The notes below the pieces were generated by a model. The model was not told where the DNA came from, searched no databases, and saw only the letters and a list, made by a program, of their open reading frames with translations. This document shows positions 9,935-19,075 of a stretch of 64,000 bases of DNA, in pieces. The DNA comes from an uncultured virus (IMG/VR IMGVR_UViG_3300015607_003164). Lineage: Duplodnaviria > Heunggongvirae > Uroviricota > Caudoviricetes. The stretch lies in the IMG/VR virus record IMGVR_UViG_3300015607_003164. One strand, 5' to 3'. A program made the translations under genes and the position numbers. Positions within the stretch are counted from its first letter, which is position 1, and each line of letters starts with the position of its first letter.

Positions 9935-11575
9935 TATAATTACATAATTAACAGAAATGGCTCATCATTATCAGAAAAAATATATCTATTACATAATAGT
10001 ATAGGTAAATGTAAAGTATGTGAAAATTCAGTTAAATTTTTATCAATTGAAAGAGGTTATCGTGAATATTGTTCTAAAAAGTGTTCTAATAATGACAAGG
10101 AATTAATAGACTCAAAATTAAAAAGCTATAAAAAAACCTGTATGTCTAAATGGGGAGTTGATAACTCTTCAAAATCGGATAATGTTAAAACCAAAATAAA
10201 AGAATCTAAAAAGAATATAAATTATGAATTGGTAAATAAAAGGTCAAAAGAAACATTTTTAAAAAACTGGGGAGTCGATAATCCGTCTAAATCAGAAACT
10301 ATAAAACAAAAGAAAAGAGAAACCAATCTTAATAACTGGGGAGTTGATAATCCTTTTCAATCTGAAGAGATAAAAGAGAAGATTAGAGAAAAAAACATAG
10401 AAAGATTTGGATTTAATCACCCACTTAAATCTATTGAAATTAAGGAAAGGATAAAAGAAACAAATATTAAAAAGTATGGAGTTGATAATTTTACAAAAAC
10501 TAAAGAATATAAAGAGCTTATATTTGAGAAGTATAGATCTGGTTTAATTAAAACAAACTTAAATACAGATATAAACTATCATTCTTATATTGGATTAGGT
10601 AGGCATTTATTAAAATGTGATATTGGACATGACCATATTTATGAAACAAACTCACATTTATATCATTCAAGAATCGGAAGAACACAGTGTACAGTATGTT
10701 ATCCAGTGAATTCAACATCTTCATTTAAGGAAAAGGAATTATATGATTTTATAAAATTAATATATTCTGGTGAGATAATTACATCTTATAGAAGTGGTTT
10801 GGAAATAGACATATATTTACCTGAGTTAAAAATAGGATTTGAGTTTAACGGACTTTATTGGCATTCTGAATTATTCAAAGATAAAAACTATCACTTAGAT
10901 AAGACTAAATATTTTAAGGAAAAAGGAATTAGAATTATTCATGTGTGGGAGGATGATTGGGACTATAAAAAGGATATCATTAAATCTCAAATTAAAAATT
11001 GGCTTGGTTTAATAGAAAACAAGATATATGCTAGAAAGTGTGAAGTTAAAATAGTTAAATCTATAGATGAATATAAAAAGTTCTTAAATGATAACCATAT
11101 ACAAGGATTCATATCATCAAGTGTTAAAATAGGTTTATACCATAATGATGAGTTGGTTAGTTTAATGACATTTGATCATTTTGAAGGTAGGAAAAAAATG
11201 AAAGATGATGAGTGGAATTTGTCTAGATTTTGTAATAAAATAAATTACAATATAATAGGAGGTGCCTCAAAATTATTGAATTACTTCACTAATAAATACA
11301 AACCGAGTAGAATAATATCTTTCAGTGATATGTCATGGTCTCTGGGTAATATTTATTACAATTTAGGATTTGAGGTTAAGAATATTAGTTCTCCTAATTA
11401 TTCATACTTAATTGATGGTAAAAGATCTAATAAGCAAAAGTGGAAAAAATCAAATTTAATCAAATTAGGACATGATAAATCCTTAACTGAGTCTAAAATA
11501 ATGGAAGATTTTTATGGGTCATATAAAATATTTGATTGTGGTCAAATAAAATTTGAAAAAGTGTTACTGAATTAA
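9935..11575 (+). CDS. Hef/Vsr-like PD-(D/E)xK homing endonuclease with WGVDNP repeats, 5' end missing
   Basis: KYG/WGVDN repeats, [49 protein letters not shown]; the first ~35 aa of the tracked ORF (9830) are just antisense nrdB. Confidence 0.75.
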   Translation, partial: YNYIINRNGSSLSEKIYLLHNSIGKCKVCENSVKFLSIERGYREYCSKKCSNNDKELIDSKLKSYKKTCMSKWGVDNSSKSDNVKTKIKESKKNINYELVNKRSKETFLKNWGVDNPSKSETIKQKKRETNLNNWGVDNPFQSEEIKEKIREKNIERFGFNHPLKSIEIKERIKETNIKKYGVDNFTKTKEYKELIFEKYRSGLIKTNLNTDINYHSYIGLGRHLLKCDIGHDHIYETNSHLYHSRIGRTQCTVCYPVNSTSSFKEKELYDFIKLIYSGEIITSYRSGLEIDIYLPELKIGFEFNGLYWHSELFKDKNYHLDKTKYFKEKGIRIIHVWEDDWDYKKDIIKSQIKNWLGLIENKIYARKCEVKIVKSIDEYKKFLNDNHIQGFISSSVKIGLYHNDELVSLMTFDHFEGRKKMKDDEWNLSRFCNKINYNIIGGASKLLNYFTNKYKPSRIISFSDMSWSLGNIYYNLGFEVKNISSPNYSYLIDGKRSNKQKWKKSNLIKLGHDKSLTESKIMEDFYGSYKIFDCGQIKFEKVLLN

Positions 11576-11605
11576 ACCTTAATAAATATAATATCTATTT
11601 TTTCC

Positions 11606-11698
11606 TTAAAAATATGAGGTTCCCTTTAGCCTAACAAGCTCTGTGTGATACCAGTCATCTGATGGTCTTGTGTTGACTTGAAAAATATCATTTTCATT
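11606..11698 (-). pseudogene. Start-less C-terminal remnant of an unknown gene
   Basis: Open frame NENDIFQVNTRPSDDWYHTELVRLKGTSYF* begins inside the deoC stop codon, with no start codon. Confidence 0.4.
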
Positions 11699-12455
11699 AG
11701 TAATTACTTGGATTTTCAGCTTCAACACCGTTTAATTTATCAACAGCGGCATAACCCATACCAAATCTATTCACCATACCTATCATTGAGTTAATTTGTT
11801 CAGAAGTTCTTACACCACCAGATGCTTTTATTTGCATATTAGAACCAGCTTCTTGAATAGTATCAAACATAATTTTAATCTTATTCATTTCAGCACCAAC
11901 TGAAACTTTACCAGTAGATGTTTTAATAAAATCAGCACCGGCATCCATACATATTTCAGTAGCTAATTTAGTGTCTTCTTCAGATAATAATCCAGACTCA
12001 ACAATAACTTTAAGGATAATTGGATTACCATCTTTATTTGTGTTTTTATGACACTCTTCAACTAATGTATTAATATCATATAAAAGCTCTTCTTTTCCAT
12101 CTTCATAGTGCTTTTGTAATAGAGGATAATTTAATACCATATCAACCTCATCAGCACCATCATTTATTACTTGTTGAGTTTCATTTAGTTTAGTTATAGT
12201 TGTATCAGTTCCATGAGGAAAAGAAACAACGGTACAAACTAAAACACTTGAGTGTATTAATTGTTCTTTTGCTAAAGAAACGTGTTTAGGAAGAACACAA
12301 ACAGATTTAACACCTAACATATCAGCCTTTTTACAAAGTTCAATAATGTCAGCATCTGTTGCTGATTCTTCTAATAAAGTATAATCAATCATATTGTTAT
12401 AATGGAACATATTGTTCTCTTTTATAAACTGAATGTAGTTTTTAATCTTTTTCAT
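11697..12455 (-). CDS. deoC: Deoxyribose-phosphate aldolase with capsid-targeting-like tag
   Basis: IDYTLL, SVCV.P, CTVVSFPHG, GADEVDMV, LKVIVESG, ADFIKTSTG, IKASGGVR; start MKKIKNYIQFIKEN at 12455. Confidence 0.93.
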   Translation of the reverse strand: MKKIKNYIQFIKENNMFHYNNMIDYTLLEESATDADIIELCKKADMLGVKSVCVLPKHVSLAKEQLIHSSVLVCTVVSFPHGTDTTITKLNETQQVINDGADEVDMVLNYPLLQKHYEDGKEELLYDINTLVEECHKNTNKDGNPIILKVIVESGLLSEEDTKLATEICMDAGADFIKTSTGKVSVGAEMNKIKIMFDTIQEAGSNMQIKASGGVRTSEQINSMIGMVNRFGMGYAAVDKLNGVEAENPSNY

Positions 12456-12456
12456 A

Positions 12457-13434
12457 TTACTTTTCAAAATTTACCATTGTTTTTACGAACAACTTCATAT
12501 CTTCATCAGTTCTCATAATTTTAGAAACGTGAGGAAGATTCCAAGGTGAGTGACCAGATATTTTCCAACCATCTATGTACCAAGCAAACATAGGCTTGTT
12601 TAGGAAAGATGTTTGTTGTAATTCACCAAATGTACCACCACTTGTTACTTCATTAAAGCCTACAAATACAGCATCACATTTATTTACGATTAACTCATCT
12701 TCTGGTTCAATTGTAGCTGAGAATATTCTTGATATCTCATCAAATTGTCTTGGGTCTTTAGTGTCTTCGTATTCACCAGATTTGAACTTACTCATTTCTT
12801 TACCAAAGTTAGGATTTTTAGTTCTATCCATTTCTTTTCTAACTGGATTAAGAATTGCTGGTCTATCATAATATTTAAGAGTATATTCATTACCCTCTTC
12901 AACAAATTCAGCTAAATGCTCCCCATCAACTACATAAGCTGGCTTTACTATAACATCTTTTCCATTATATGGTATTTTTACTTCATCCATCTCATCATAA
13001 GGAACCCCTGGATTATTTACTTCAAATTCATATTCTACTTTTGCTCTCCAACCAGCGCCAACATCTTTGGCTTTATCCATACCACCTGCTAGATAAATTG
13101 AGTTCAATTCAAATGCTCTAAAGTTTTTCTTTATATCATCTAAAGTTGTTAAATCAAAAAGATCTAATTTACCGATTAACTCAGTGTAAAATCTTTTCTT
13201 TTTATTAACAATGTAGTTCATTATCTTTTCATCAAACCACTTAATCAATCTGTCTTTAATATCACTAAAGAAACCCTCATTTAATGATTCAGTTAAAAGT
13301 GGTGATAAGTCTTTTTTAAGAGCCGGTATTTCTTTTGAAGAAATGTTCAGTGCAATATAATTTAGAATCGCTTCTAAATCTTTCTGCTCTTGATTATCAT
13401 AAGACTCATTAAATTGTTGCCAATTTTTAATCAT
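12457..13434 (-). CDS. Nucleoside 2-deoxyribosyltransferase / dNMP N-glycosidase-like protein with capsid-targeting-like tag
   Basis: IYLAGGM...WR, LNP, D..IVNKCDAVFV, SGGTFGEL, KP motifs of the NDT/Rcl fold; N-term MIKNWQQFNES. Confidence 0.7.
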   Translation of the reverse strand: MIKNWQQFNESYDNQEQKDLEAILNYIALNISSKEIPALKKDLSPLLTESLNEGFFSDIKDRLIKWFDEKIMNYIVNKKKRFYTELIGKLDLFDLTTLDDIKKNFRAFELNSIYLAGGMDKAKDVGAGWRAKVEYEFEVNNPGVPYDEMDEVKIPYNGKDVIVKPAYVVDGEHLAEFVEEGNEYTLKYYDRPAILNPVRKEMDRTKNPNFGKEMSKFKSGEYEDTKDPRQFDEISRIFSATIEPEDELIVNKCDAVFVGFNEVTSGGTFGELQQTSFLNKPMFAWYIDGWKISGHSPWNLPHVSKIMRTDEDMKLFVKTMVNFEK

Positions 13435-13483
13435 TTTTATAGAATATGTTTTGGTTATATATTAAATTTCAGTTTTTATTTCT

Positions 13484-13491
13484 TATATTTG
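13484..13491 (+). promoter_or_regulatory. Bacteroidota sigma-A-type -7 element (TATATTTG) heading the 13514-15419 operon
   Basis: Matches TAnnTTTG consensus. Confidence 0.65.
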
Positions 13492-13513
13492 TCGTTTAAA
13501 GAAAGGAGGTCTT

Positions 13514-14071
13514 ATGAATAAAAGACAGAAATGGAAAGACAAAAGAACAAGAATAGTTGATGCATTAGAAAGTAATGCTCACTCAAATCAATATGAAAGT
13601 ATGATAAGTAATTTATCACTTTTAACTGTGCAAGAGTTTTTAGGAATTAAAAATCGTTTGCTTTTCTTAGCATTAAAAAATGGCTCTAAAGAGTGTGCTG
13701 ATTTTCTTTTAAGTAAAGAAGCAACCTTTAACTCGACTGATATACTAACAAAGTGTGACTATAATAAAATGCCAGAAGTATTTAATTTACTTGAAGAGTT
13801 TAGTAAAAAATACGAGGATAAAGAATTATCAAGAGATATGAGTTCTGTTGAACTTAAAAAGGCGAGATTAATAAATCGTTTGATTGACCCTGGTAAAGTA
13901 GATGCTAATAAAGAACGTGTTGATTTTTTATTCAAGTTGGTATCTGATGGATTTTTTACAGCTGAACAAGTAAAAGTTCAAATTGAAGAAAACTACAAAG
14001 ACAAACCTGAGAAGAAAGGTAAGTTTATTTCTATCTACCGTGAGTTGGCTTTGAAAGAATTAGGTATATGA
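13514..14071 (+). CDS. Hypothetical protein with one ankyrin-like repeat and C-terminal tag
   Basis: LLFLALKNGSKECADFLLSKEA; ends RELALKELGI. Confidence 0.65.
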   Translation: MNKRQKWKDKRTRIVDALESNAHSNQYESMISNLSLLTVQEFLGIKNRLLFLALKNGSKECADFLLSKEATFNSTDILTKCDYNKMPEVFNLLEEFSKKYEDKELSRDMSSVELKKARLINRLIDPGKVDANKERVDFLFKLVSDGFFTAEQVKVQIEENYKDKPEKKGKFISIYRELALKELGI

Positions 14072-14298
14072 GTGAGAAACTTTGCCATATTTGTTTAAGT
14101 GATAGAATCTTAGATGATGGTGATGGTAACGCATTAATTTGTGATAAATGTGAACAGTTTTATTGTGAAGACTGTTCATATACATTCTCTCTACACTTTC
14201 AGTATGAAGGGTCTATGTGTTATCAATGTGCTGATCAAAGTAGAAGAAAACCTCTAAATAGAAGAGATTACAAAATTGATTATATTTTAAGAAAATGA
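14068..14298 (+). CDS. Zinc-finger protein with C-terminal tag
   Basis: Four CxxC; ends RDYKIDYILRK. Confidence 0.7.
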   Translation: MSEKLCHICLSDRILDDGDGNALICDKCEQFYCEDCSYTFSLHFQYEGSMCYQCADQSRRKPLNRRDYKIDYILRK

Positions 14299-14570
14299 TA
14301 CAAGTTTGGAAATGTGACCATTGCTCAAAAACTGATGTTAATCCTGATAAGATTTCTAAACATGAACCAGAGTGTTCTTTTAATAAAGCAACTAAGCATT
14401 GCTATACATGTAAGTATCACTATGAAGCTGGGTATGGTGGAGAACATATTCCTGGTTGTGAAATTGATGCAGATGTTTATGCTGGTGAAGATGAAGGGAA
14501 TTGTCCTCACTGGGTTTATGAGTATTTAGATGAAGAACGCGAGGGAAAACTAAACGACTTAGGTATATGA
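14295..14570 (+). CDS. Cys/His-rich protein with C-terminal tag
   Basis: CDHC..HEPEC..CYTC; ends REGKLNDLGI. Confidence 0.7.
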   Translation: MIQVWKCDHCSKTDVNPDKISKHEPECSFNKATKHCYTCKYHYEAGYGGEHIPGCEIDADVYAGEDEGNCPHWVYEYLDEEREGKLNDLGI

Positions 14571-14812
14571 GAGACTTATATAAAATGAGAGAAGAATATA
14601 TGAATCAACATTGGTATAATGCTGATGATGTATTTGAATTAGAATTTATTCATAATGATAGACACATTCGTCAGTTTGGTACTGATTGTTCTTGGAGTAA
14701 TTTTAGAACTAAGGAAACTATCAATATCTGGGATAGATGTATGCGTAAGATTACGATCGAAGAAGCAAAACAACTAATAAGAGAATATAACTTACAACAA
14801 TTAGGAATATGA
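14567..14812 (+). CDS. Hypothetical protein with C-terminal tag
   Basis: ATGA-type overlaps; ends REYNLQQLGI. Confidence 0.7.
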   Translation: MRDLYKMREEYMNQHWYNADDVFELEFIHNDRHIRQFGTDCSWSNFRTKETINIWDRCMRKITIEEAKQLIREYNLQQLGI

Positions 14813-15213
14813 AATTATATTACAACGGTAAGGGCTATCCAGTACAATGGAAATCTTTAATGAGAAAAGATATGTGGTATAATATGGAACCAGTTAAAAT
14901 AAAATTCACTCTTCCAGAGTCTGTATATAGAGCCATTCTTATTGATATCAAATTGAATAAAGAAGATGAATGGAATAGAGATACTTTCAATTTTAATCTA
15001 CTTTTAAAGAAAGATGAACTTTCAAGAGATAGAGATAAACTTGTAGTTGAGTCTAATGAGTATTGGAAAATTAAATCTTTTGTAGATAGACGTTCTATTA
15101 CATCAAGATTTAGAAATGGTGATGTTATTGCTATCTTTGAACTTTCAATCTTTGAAGAAGAAGAACTAGATAAATCTGAATTAAGAGAAGTATTATTAAA
15201 TGAACTTGTATGA
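14809..15213 (+). CDS. Hypothetical protein with C-terminal tag
   Basis: ends REVLLNELV. Confidence 0.7.
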   Translation: MKLYYNGKGYPVQWKSLMRKDMWYNMEPVKIKFTLPESVYRAILIDIKLNKEDEWNRDTFNFNLLLKKDELSRDRDKLVVESNEYWKIKSFVDRRSITSRFRNGDVIAIFELSIFEEEELDKSELREVLLNELV

Positions 15214-15419
15214 AGAACATTTTTCAAAAACCAGATCAGTGGGTAAGTGTTGTAGAGTGTAATAATTGTAAAAATCAAATACCCACAAAAGAAACACATA
15301 TAGTATCAGTAGAAGGTCAATACTTTGGAGTTGATGGCTATATGAACGTAAGAATTTGTAAAGAGTGTTATAGAGAAGAACAATTAGATAAACTATTTAA
15401 AAGCGAAAAACAGGAGTAG
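15210..15419 (+). CDS. Small zinc-ribbon protein with C-terminal tag
   Basis: CNNC...CKEC; REEQLDKLFK near end. Confidence 0.7.
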   Translation: MKNIFQKPDQWVSVVECNNCKNQIPTKETHIVSVEGQYFGVDGYMNVRICKECYREEQLDKLFKSEKQE

Positions 15420-15435
15420 CGAATTCCTGTTTTTC
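15405..15435. terminator. Bidirectional terminator hairpin GAAAAACAGGA/TCCTGTTTTTC
   Basis: 11-bp perfect stem; ends the + operon and the minus-strand RNA. Confidence 0.8.
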
Positions 15436-15492
15436 TATAGCCACCCGATTTGGGGCGAAACTATAACGGGTCCTAAGCCGTTTCAAATTTAT
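15405..15492 (-). ncRNA. Candidate small RNA antisense to 23S rRNA helices 69-71
   Basis: AATATATA promoter at 15504-15497; three hairpins; loops CUUAGGAC and (A)UUCGCUAC complementary to 23S GUCCUAAG and GUAGCGAA; ends in 11-bp terminator stem; no ORF. Confidence 0.7.
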
Positions 15493-15567
15493 AAATTATA
15501 TATTAAACTTTTCATTCTCTCAAACATAGAATAATTCTGAATAATGTCTAACTAATAACAAATCAAA

Positions 15568-15879
15568 ATGATTAAACACGAAATTAAAGTTGAGTTTTCA
15601 AACTCAGAAGCTCTTAAAAATCTTATTCAAAAAGCCTATTTTGAAGAAGGCTACATGGGTAAAATCATGGGTAAAGAAAACTATATCAAAGTTGATGAAA
15701 CTATCGATGATGTAGCTTACACTATCTTCAAAGGTCTTAACAGCGTGACTGCTAAAATTACAAACGAAATCATAGATGGCGCTATGCGATTTATGATTGA
15801 TGAGACTCAAGGAGAAGTTCGCCTTTATCCTATCTCTATTTACTGTATTCAAGAAGAAGATAAATATATCTTTTATTAA
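15568..15879 (+). CDS. Hypothetical protein
   Basis: 103-aa ORF downstream of TAAAC-N18-TAGAAT (15504-15532). Confidence 0.65.
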   Translation: MIKHEIKVEFSNSEALKNLIQKAYFEEGYMGKIMGKENYIKVDETIDDVAYTIFKGLNSVTAKITNEIIDGAMRFMIDETQGEVRLYPISIYCIQEEDKYIFY

Positions 15880-16775
15880 AAAAATTCATTTAGCTTATTA
15901 ATAATATTATCCAAATAAGAAATTCTTATTAGGATAATATTATTATCCATACAGTATTTGTTTTTAATATTATCTTTAATCCTTCTTAATTCCAGTTTAG
16001 ATTCGTCTTTTTCAAATCTAAATTTATTAAAATGTTGTTCACCGTCAAATTCAATGCAAATATTATTATTTGGTAAGTAAAAGTCAAATGGTAGAGGTCT
16101 TTTATATTTACAGTCTTTGAATCTAAATTCTCTTTTAAAGTTTAGTTTATTTTCCTCCAAATACTTTCTAATTTCTCTTTCCCCTTTACTCTCTCTGCAA
16201 ATAGGACAGCCTCTACCATTTATATGATTATTTGGTGTGCTATAAAATATATGTTTTTTTGGACATATTATTTTAATTTTTTCAATGCTTTTTTTATAGT
16301 TGACCTTACTGTAGTCATAATAATCTCCATGTACCTCTTTACATTTTTTTATGAAATTTAAATTATCTATCATTTTATTTGAGCAATAAGGACATCCTTG
16401 TTTTTGTAATATGTGTGCTCTAGGTTCTTGTAAAAATTCACCATGCTTTTTACAGATTATTATTACCTTTGTTTTATTATTTATATAATCAACTTTGGAA
16501 TAATCATATTTACTATTATGAACCTTTATTGACTTTTCAATAAAGCATTCTTTGTTACTTCTATTTAAAAATGATCTTTTTTCTAGATTACAATCATTGC
16601 ATCCACTTCCTCTTAAATGCACAGCTGGTTTTTGTAAGAAATCACCATGTTTTTTACAAATTATAATAATATCTGTTGAGTTATTTATATAATTTACTTT
16701 AGAGTAATCATAATTATCAAAATGTTTAATTTTTGATTTTTCTATAAAATCTTCATTATTTACTAATTTCGGCAT
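15876..16775 (-). CDS. Homing endonuclease with KYDYSKVxY repeats and PD-(D/E)xK domain
   Basis: Three H-x3-YDYSKVxY..IIC.KHG..H...GC..C repeats; SKGE, LPFDFYLP..IEFDGEQH; ATG at 16775. Confidence 0.85.
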   Translation of the reverse strand: MPKLVNNEDFIEKSKIKHFDNYDYSKVNYINNSTDIIIICKKHGDFLQKPAVHLRGSGCNDCNLEKRSFLNRSNKECFIEKSIKVHNSKYDYSKVDYINNKTKVIIICKKHGEFLQEPRAHILQKQGCPYCSNKMIDNLNFIKKCKEVHGDYYDYSKVNYKKSIEKIKIICPKKHIFYSTPNNHINGRGCPICRESKGEREIRKYLEENKLNFKREFRFKDCKYKRPLPFDFYLPNNNICIEFDGEQHFNKFRFEKDESKLELRRIKDNIKNKYCMDNNIILIRISYLDNIINKLNEFF

Positions 16776-16844
16776 ATTTTTATTTGGTAATGTTATCAAC
16801 ATTACCTTTTATTTTTAATATATATTAAAAATAAAAACACATAA

Positions 16845-17867
16845 TTGGCTAAATTTGATTGGAATGATATTACAATTGTACCTGAGATTTTAAGTTCTAT
16901 ATCTTCTAGATCAGAAGTTAATACATATCATAATAATGGTAACTTACCTCTTTTTACTGCACCTATGGATATGGTTATAAATGAGGATAATATTAGAAAC
17001 TTTGAGAGTAATAGAATAAATATATGTTTACCAAGACATATAAAATATGATCATAGTAAAAGTAATGATTATTTCTATTCATATGGATTGGATGAAATAA
17101 TTGATATTATTGAACATAATGGAATTCTTCCTAAAAGAATACTAATTGATATAGCCAATGGTCATCTTATGAAGTTATATGATATATCTAAGAAAATAAA
17201 AGATATTTTTGGAGATAATATTGAGCTAATGATTGGTAATATTGCAAATCCAAAAACCTATGAAAAGTACTGCGAAATAGGAGTTGATTATATAAGATGT
17301 AATATAGGTTCCGGTAGTGCTTGTACAACTGCTGCAAATGTTGGAATATTTTACCCATCAGCATCCTTAATAAGTGAGTGTTATGAAATATCTAAAAAAT
17401 TTAATAATCCTACTAAAATAATAGCAGATGGTGGATTTAATAATACATCCGAAATAATAAAAGCATTAGCATTAGGTGGACATGCCTGTATGTTGGGTGG
17501 TATTTTTAATAAATGTTTAGAATCTTGTTCTAATAATTTTATTAAGGTAGGAACAAATGAATATAAAGAAATAACTAAAGAAGAAGCTATTGAATATTTT
17601 ACTGCTGGAATGAATGTTTACAAATATTACAGAGGAATGTCAACTAAAGAAGTTCAAAAGTCTTGGAATAGAAATGAACTAAAGACTGGAGAGGGTATTA
17701 CTAAATATAATAAAGTAGAATATACTCTTAATGGTTGGTGTGAAAACTTTACAGATTATTTGAAATCAGCAATGTCTTATACAAATAGTAGAAACTTAAA
17801 AGAGTTTATCGGTGAAGTTAGATATGAAATGATTACTCAAAATTCATTCAATAGATTTAATAAGTAA
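16845..17867 (+). CDS. IMP dehydrogenase / GMP reductase family protein
   Basis: TAPMD, IDIANGH, GNIA, IGSGSACTT, IIADGG, YRGMST, LKSAMSY; TTG start. Confidence 0.88.
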   Translation: MAKFDWNDITIVPEILSSISSRSEVNTYHNNGNLPLFTAPMDMVINEDNIRNFESNRINICLPRHIKYDHSKSNDYFYSYGLDEIIDIIEHNGILPKRILIDIANGHLMKLYDISKKIKDIFGDNIELMIGNIANPKTYEKYCEIGVDYIRCNIGSGSACTTAANVGIFYPSASLISECYEISKKFNNPTKIIADGGFNNTSEIIKALALGGHACMLGGIFNKCLESCSNNFIKVGTNEYKEITKEEAIEYFTAGMNVYKYYRGMSTKEVQKSWNRNELKTGEGITKYNKVEYTLNGWCENFTDYLKSAMSYTNSRNLKEFIGEVRYEMITQNSFNRFNK

Positions 17868-18161
17868 TTAGATATATCTTCTAATATTACCATACCTGTC
17901 AACTATACAGGTTCTACCATCTTTTTTTCTTATAATTATATCATTTGATTGGAACCTTGCTTCGTATCCATCAGATGATATATTTCTTATTATATTACCA
18001 TTGACATCTTTTAACTCTACTTTACCATCTGTTTTGGTAACTAAAAAAGTAGAAGTTTTATCATCAAATGTTCCAAATGCTACATTCTCTGATATTCTGC
18101 GACCTAAATTTCCATAGTTATCGCATAAATATAGGGTTTTATTTACTATTTTGTAATTCAT
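17868..18161 (-). CDS. Hypothetical beta-rich repeat protein
   Basis: Repeated DxxGN(I/L)xR units. Confidence 0.6.
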   Translation of the reverse strand: MNYKIVNKTLYLCDNYGNLGRRISENVAFGTFDDKTSTFLVTKTDGKVELKDVNGNIIRNISSDGYEARFQSNDIIIRKKDGRTCIVDRYGNIRRYI

Positions 18162-18164
18162 TAT

Positions 18165-18177
18165 TTTATATATAAAT
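18165..18177. promoter_or_regulatory. Palindromic TTTATATATAAA element between divergent genes 19 nt apart
   Basis: Late-type ATATATA motif readable on both strands. Confidence 0.55.
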
Positions 18178-18180
18178 TAT

Positions 18181-18660
18181 ATGATATTGAACTTTGATAA
18201 ATTTAAAGGTAAAGTTAAGAGTGATGCCTTAGAAAAGGAAGAAGTAATTGAACTGGTTAGCCTTATAACTGAGATGAAACCTGACATACCTAATTTATTT
18301 CCGGAGGAAAACATCTCAAAACTTATAGACAATATAAATCATTATACTTCAGAAGATGGAAAGTATAAGATATCAGTTTATTTCAGAGAAAGTGATATTT
18401 ATCATAATGTGGATGGTACAATAACCTATGGTAAATTTAAGTCTTTATATAAAGTAAATATTGTTAAATTAGAAGGTGAGTTTAAGATTGGTGAAATAAA
18501 AGACTATACTATACTAACATCAAGTATCATTAAAGATGTTTATCCTGAATCTAAGGTTATAATTAAAGTAAATGATGAAAGAGTATCTGAAGATGATTTT
18601 AACAAATTAGATGAAGATAAAACAATTAATAATATTAAATTAGTAATTAGAATTATTTAA
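18181..18660 (+). CDS. Hypothetical protein
   Basis: 159-aa ORF; weak tag-like start MILNFDKF. Confidence 0.6.
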   Translation: MILNFDKFKGKVKSDALEKEEVIELVSLITEMKPDIPNLFPEENISKLIDNINHYTSEDGKYKISVYFRESDIYHNVDGTITYGKFKSLYKVNIVKLEGEFKIGEIKDYTILTSSIIKDVYPESKVIIKVNDERVSEDDFNKLDEDKTINNIKLVIRII

Positions 18661-18672
18661 TATCTTTCGTAA

Positions 18673-19071
18673 CTATGCATTCTTGTAAAAACATAATCTT
18701 ATATTAATAACATTATGGTTATCGTCTATCCAAGCACCATCTAAATATCTAAATCCCTCATCTGGTCTTATAACAAAATTTTTAACAGCAATACCGAAAT
18801 TTGTCAATAATTCTGCTTTAAATCCCAATTCTCTCATATATTGATATAACCTTAATATAGTTTCTTTTACATCTTTATTAAATTCAAAGTATCTATAACC
18901 ATTATCAATATAAATATACACTTCATTAAAGTTATCAATAACTGGAAGTCCATTTTTATCAACTAATCTATATAAAAGACCATTATCACTTAACTCAAGT
19001 AAAATATCCTTTATATCTTGTAATATACCTTGATTAGATTCAAATATTTTATATGTTTTTAAGTATTTCAT
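18673..19071 (-). CDS. Capsid-tag protein, KDILLELxDxG family
   Basis: Start 19071 MKYLKTYKIFES; DIKDILLELSDNG; ILRLYQYMRELGF. Confidence 0.75.
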   Translation of the reverse strand: MKYLKTYKIFESNQGILQDIKDILLELSDNGLLYRLVDKNGLPVIDNFNEVYIYIDNGYRYFEFNKDVKETILRLYQYMRELGFKAELLTNFGIAVKNFVIRPDEGFRYLDGAWIDDNHNVINIRLCFYKNA

Positions 19072-19075
19072 ATTA

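Noticed and set aside
9935..11696. Group I intron in nrdB carrying the endonuclease
   Set aside because: Endonuclease is antisense, there is no room for a ribozyme core, and no nrdB 5' exon appears before deoC
15416..15477. rRNA gene or host contamination
   Set aside because: Only ~35 nt match, the two halves are in permuted order with indels, and the flanks are phage genes
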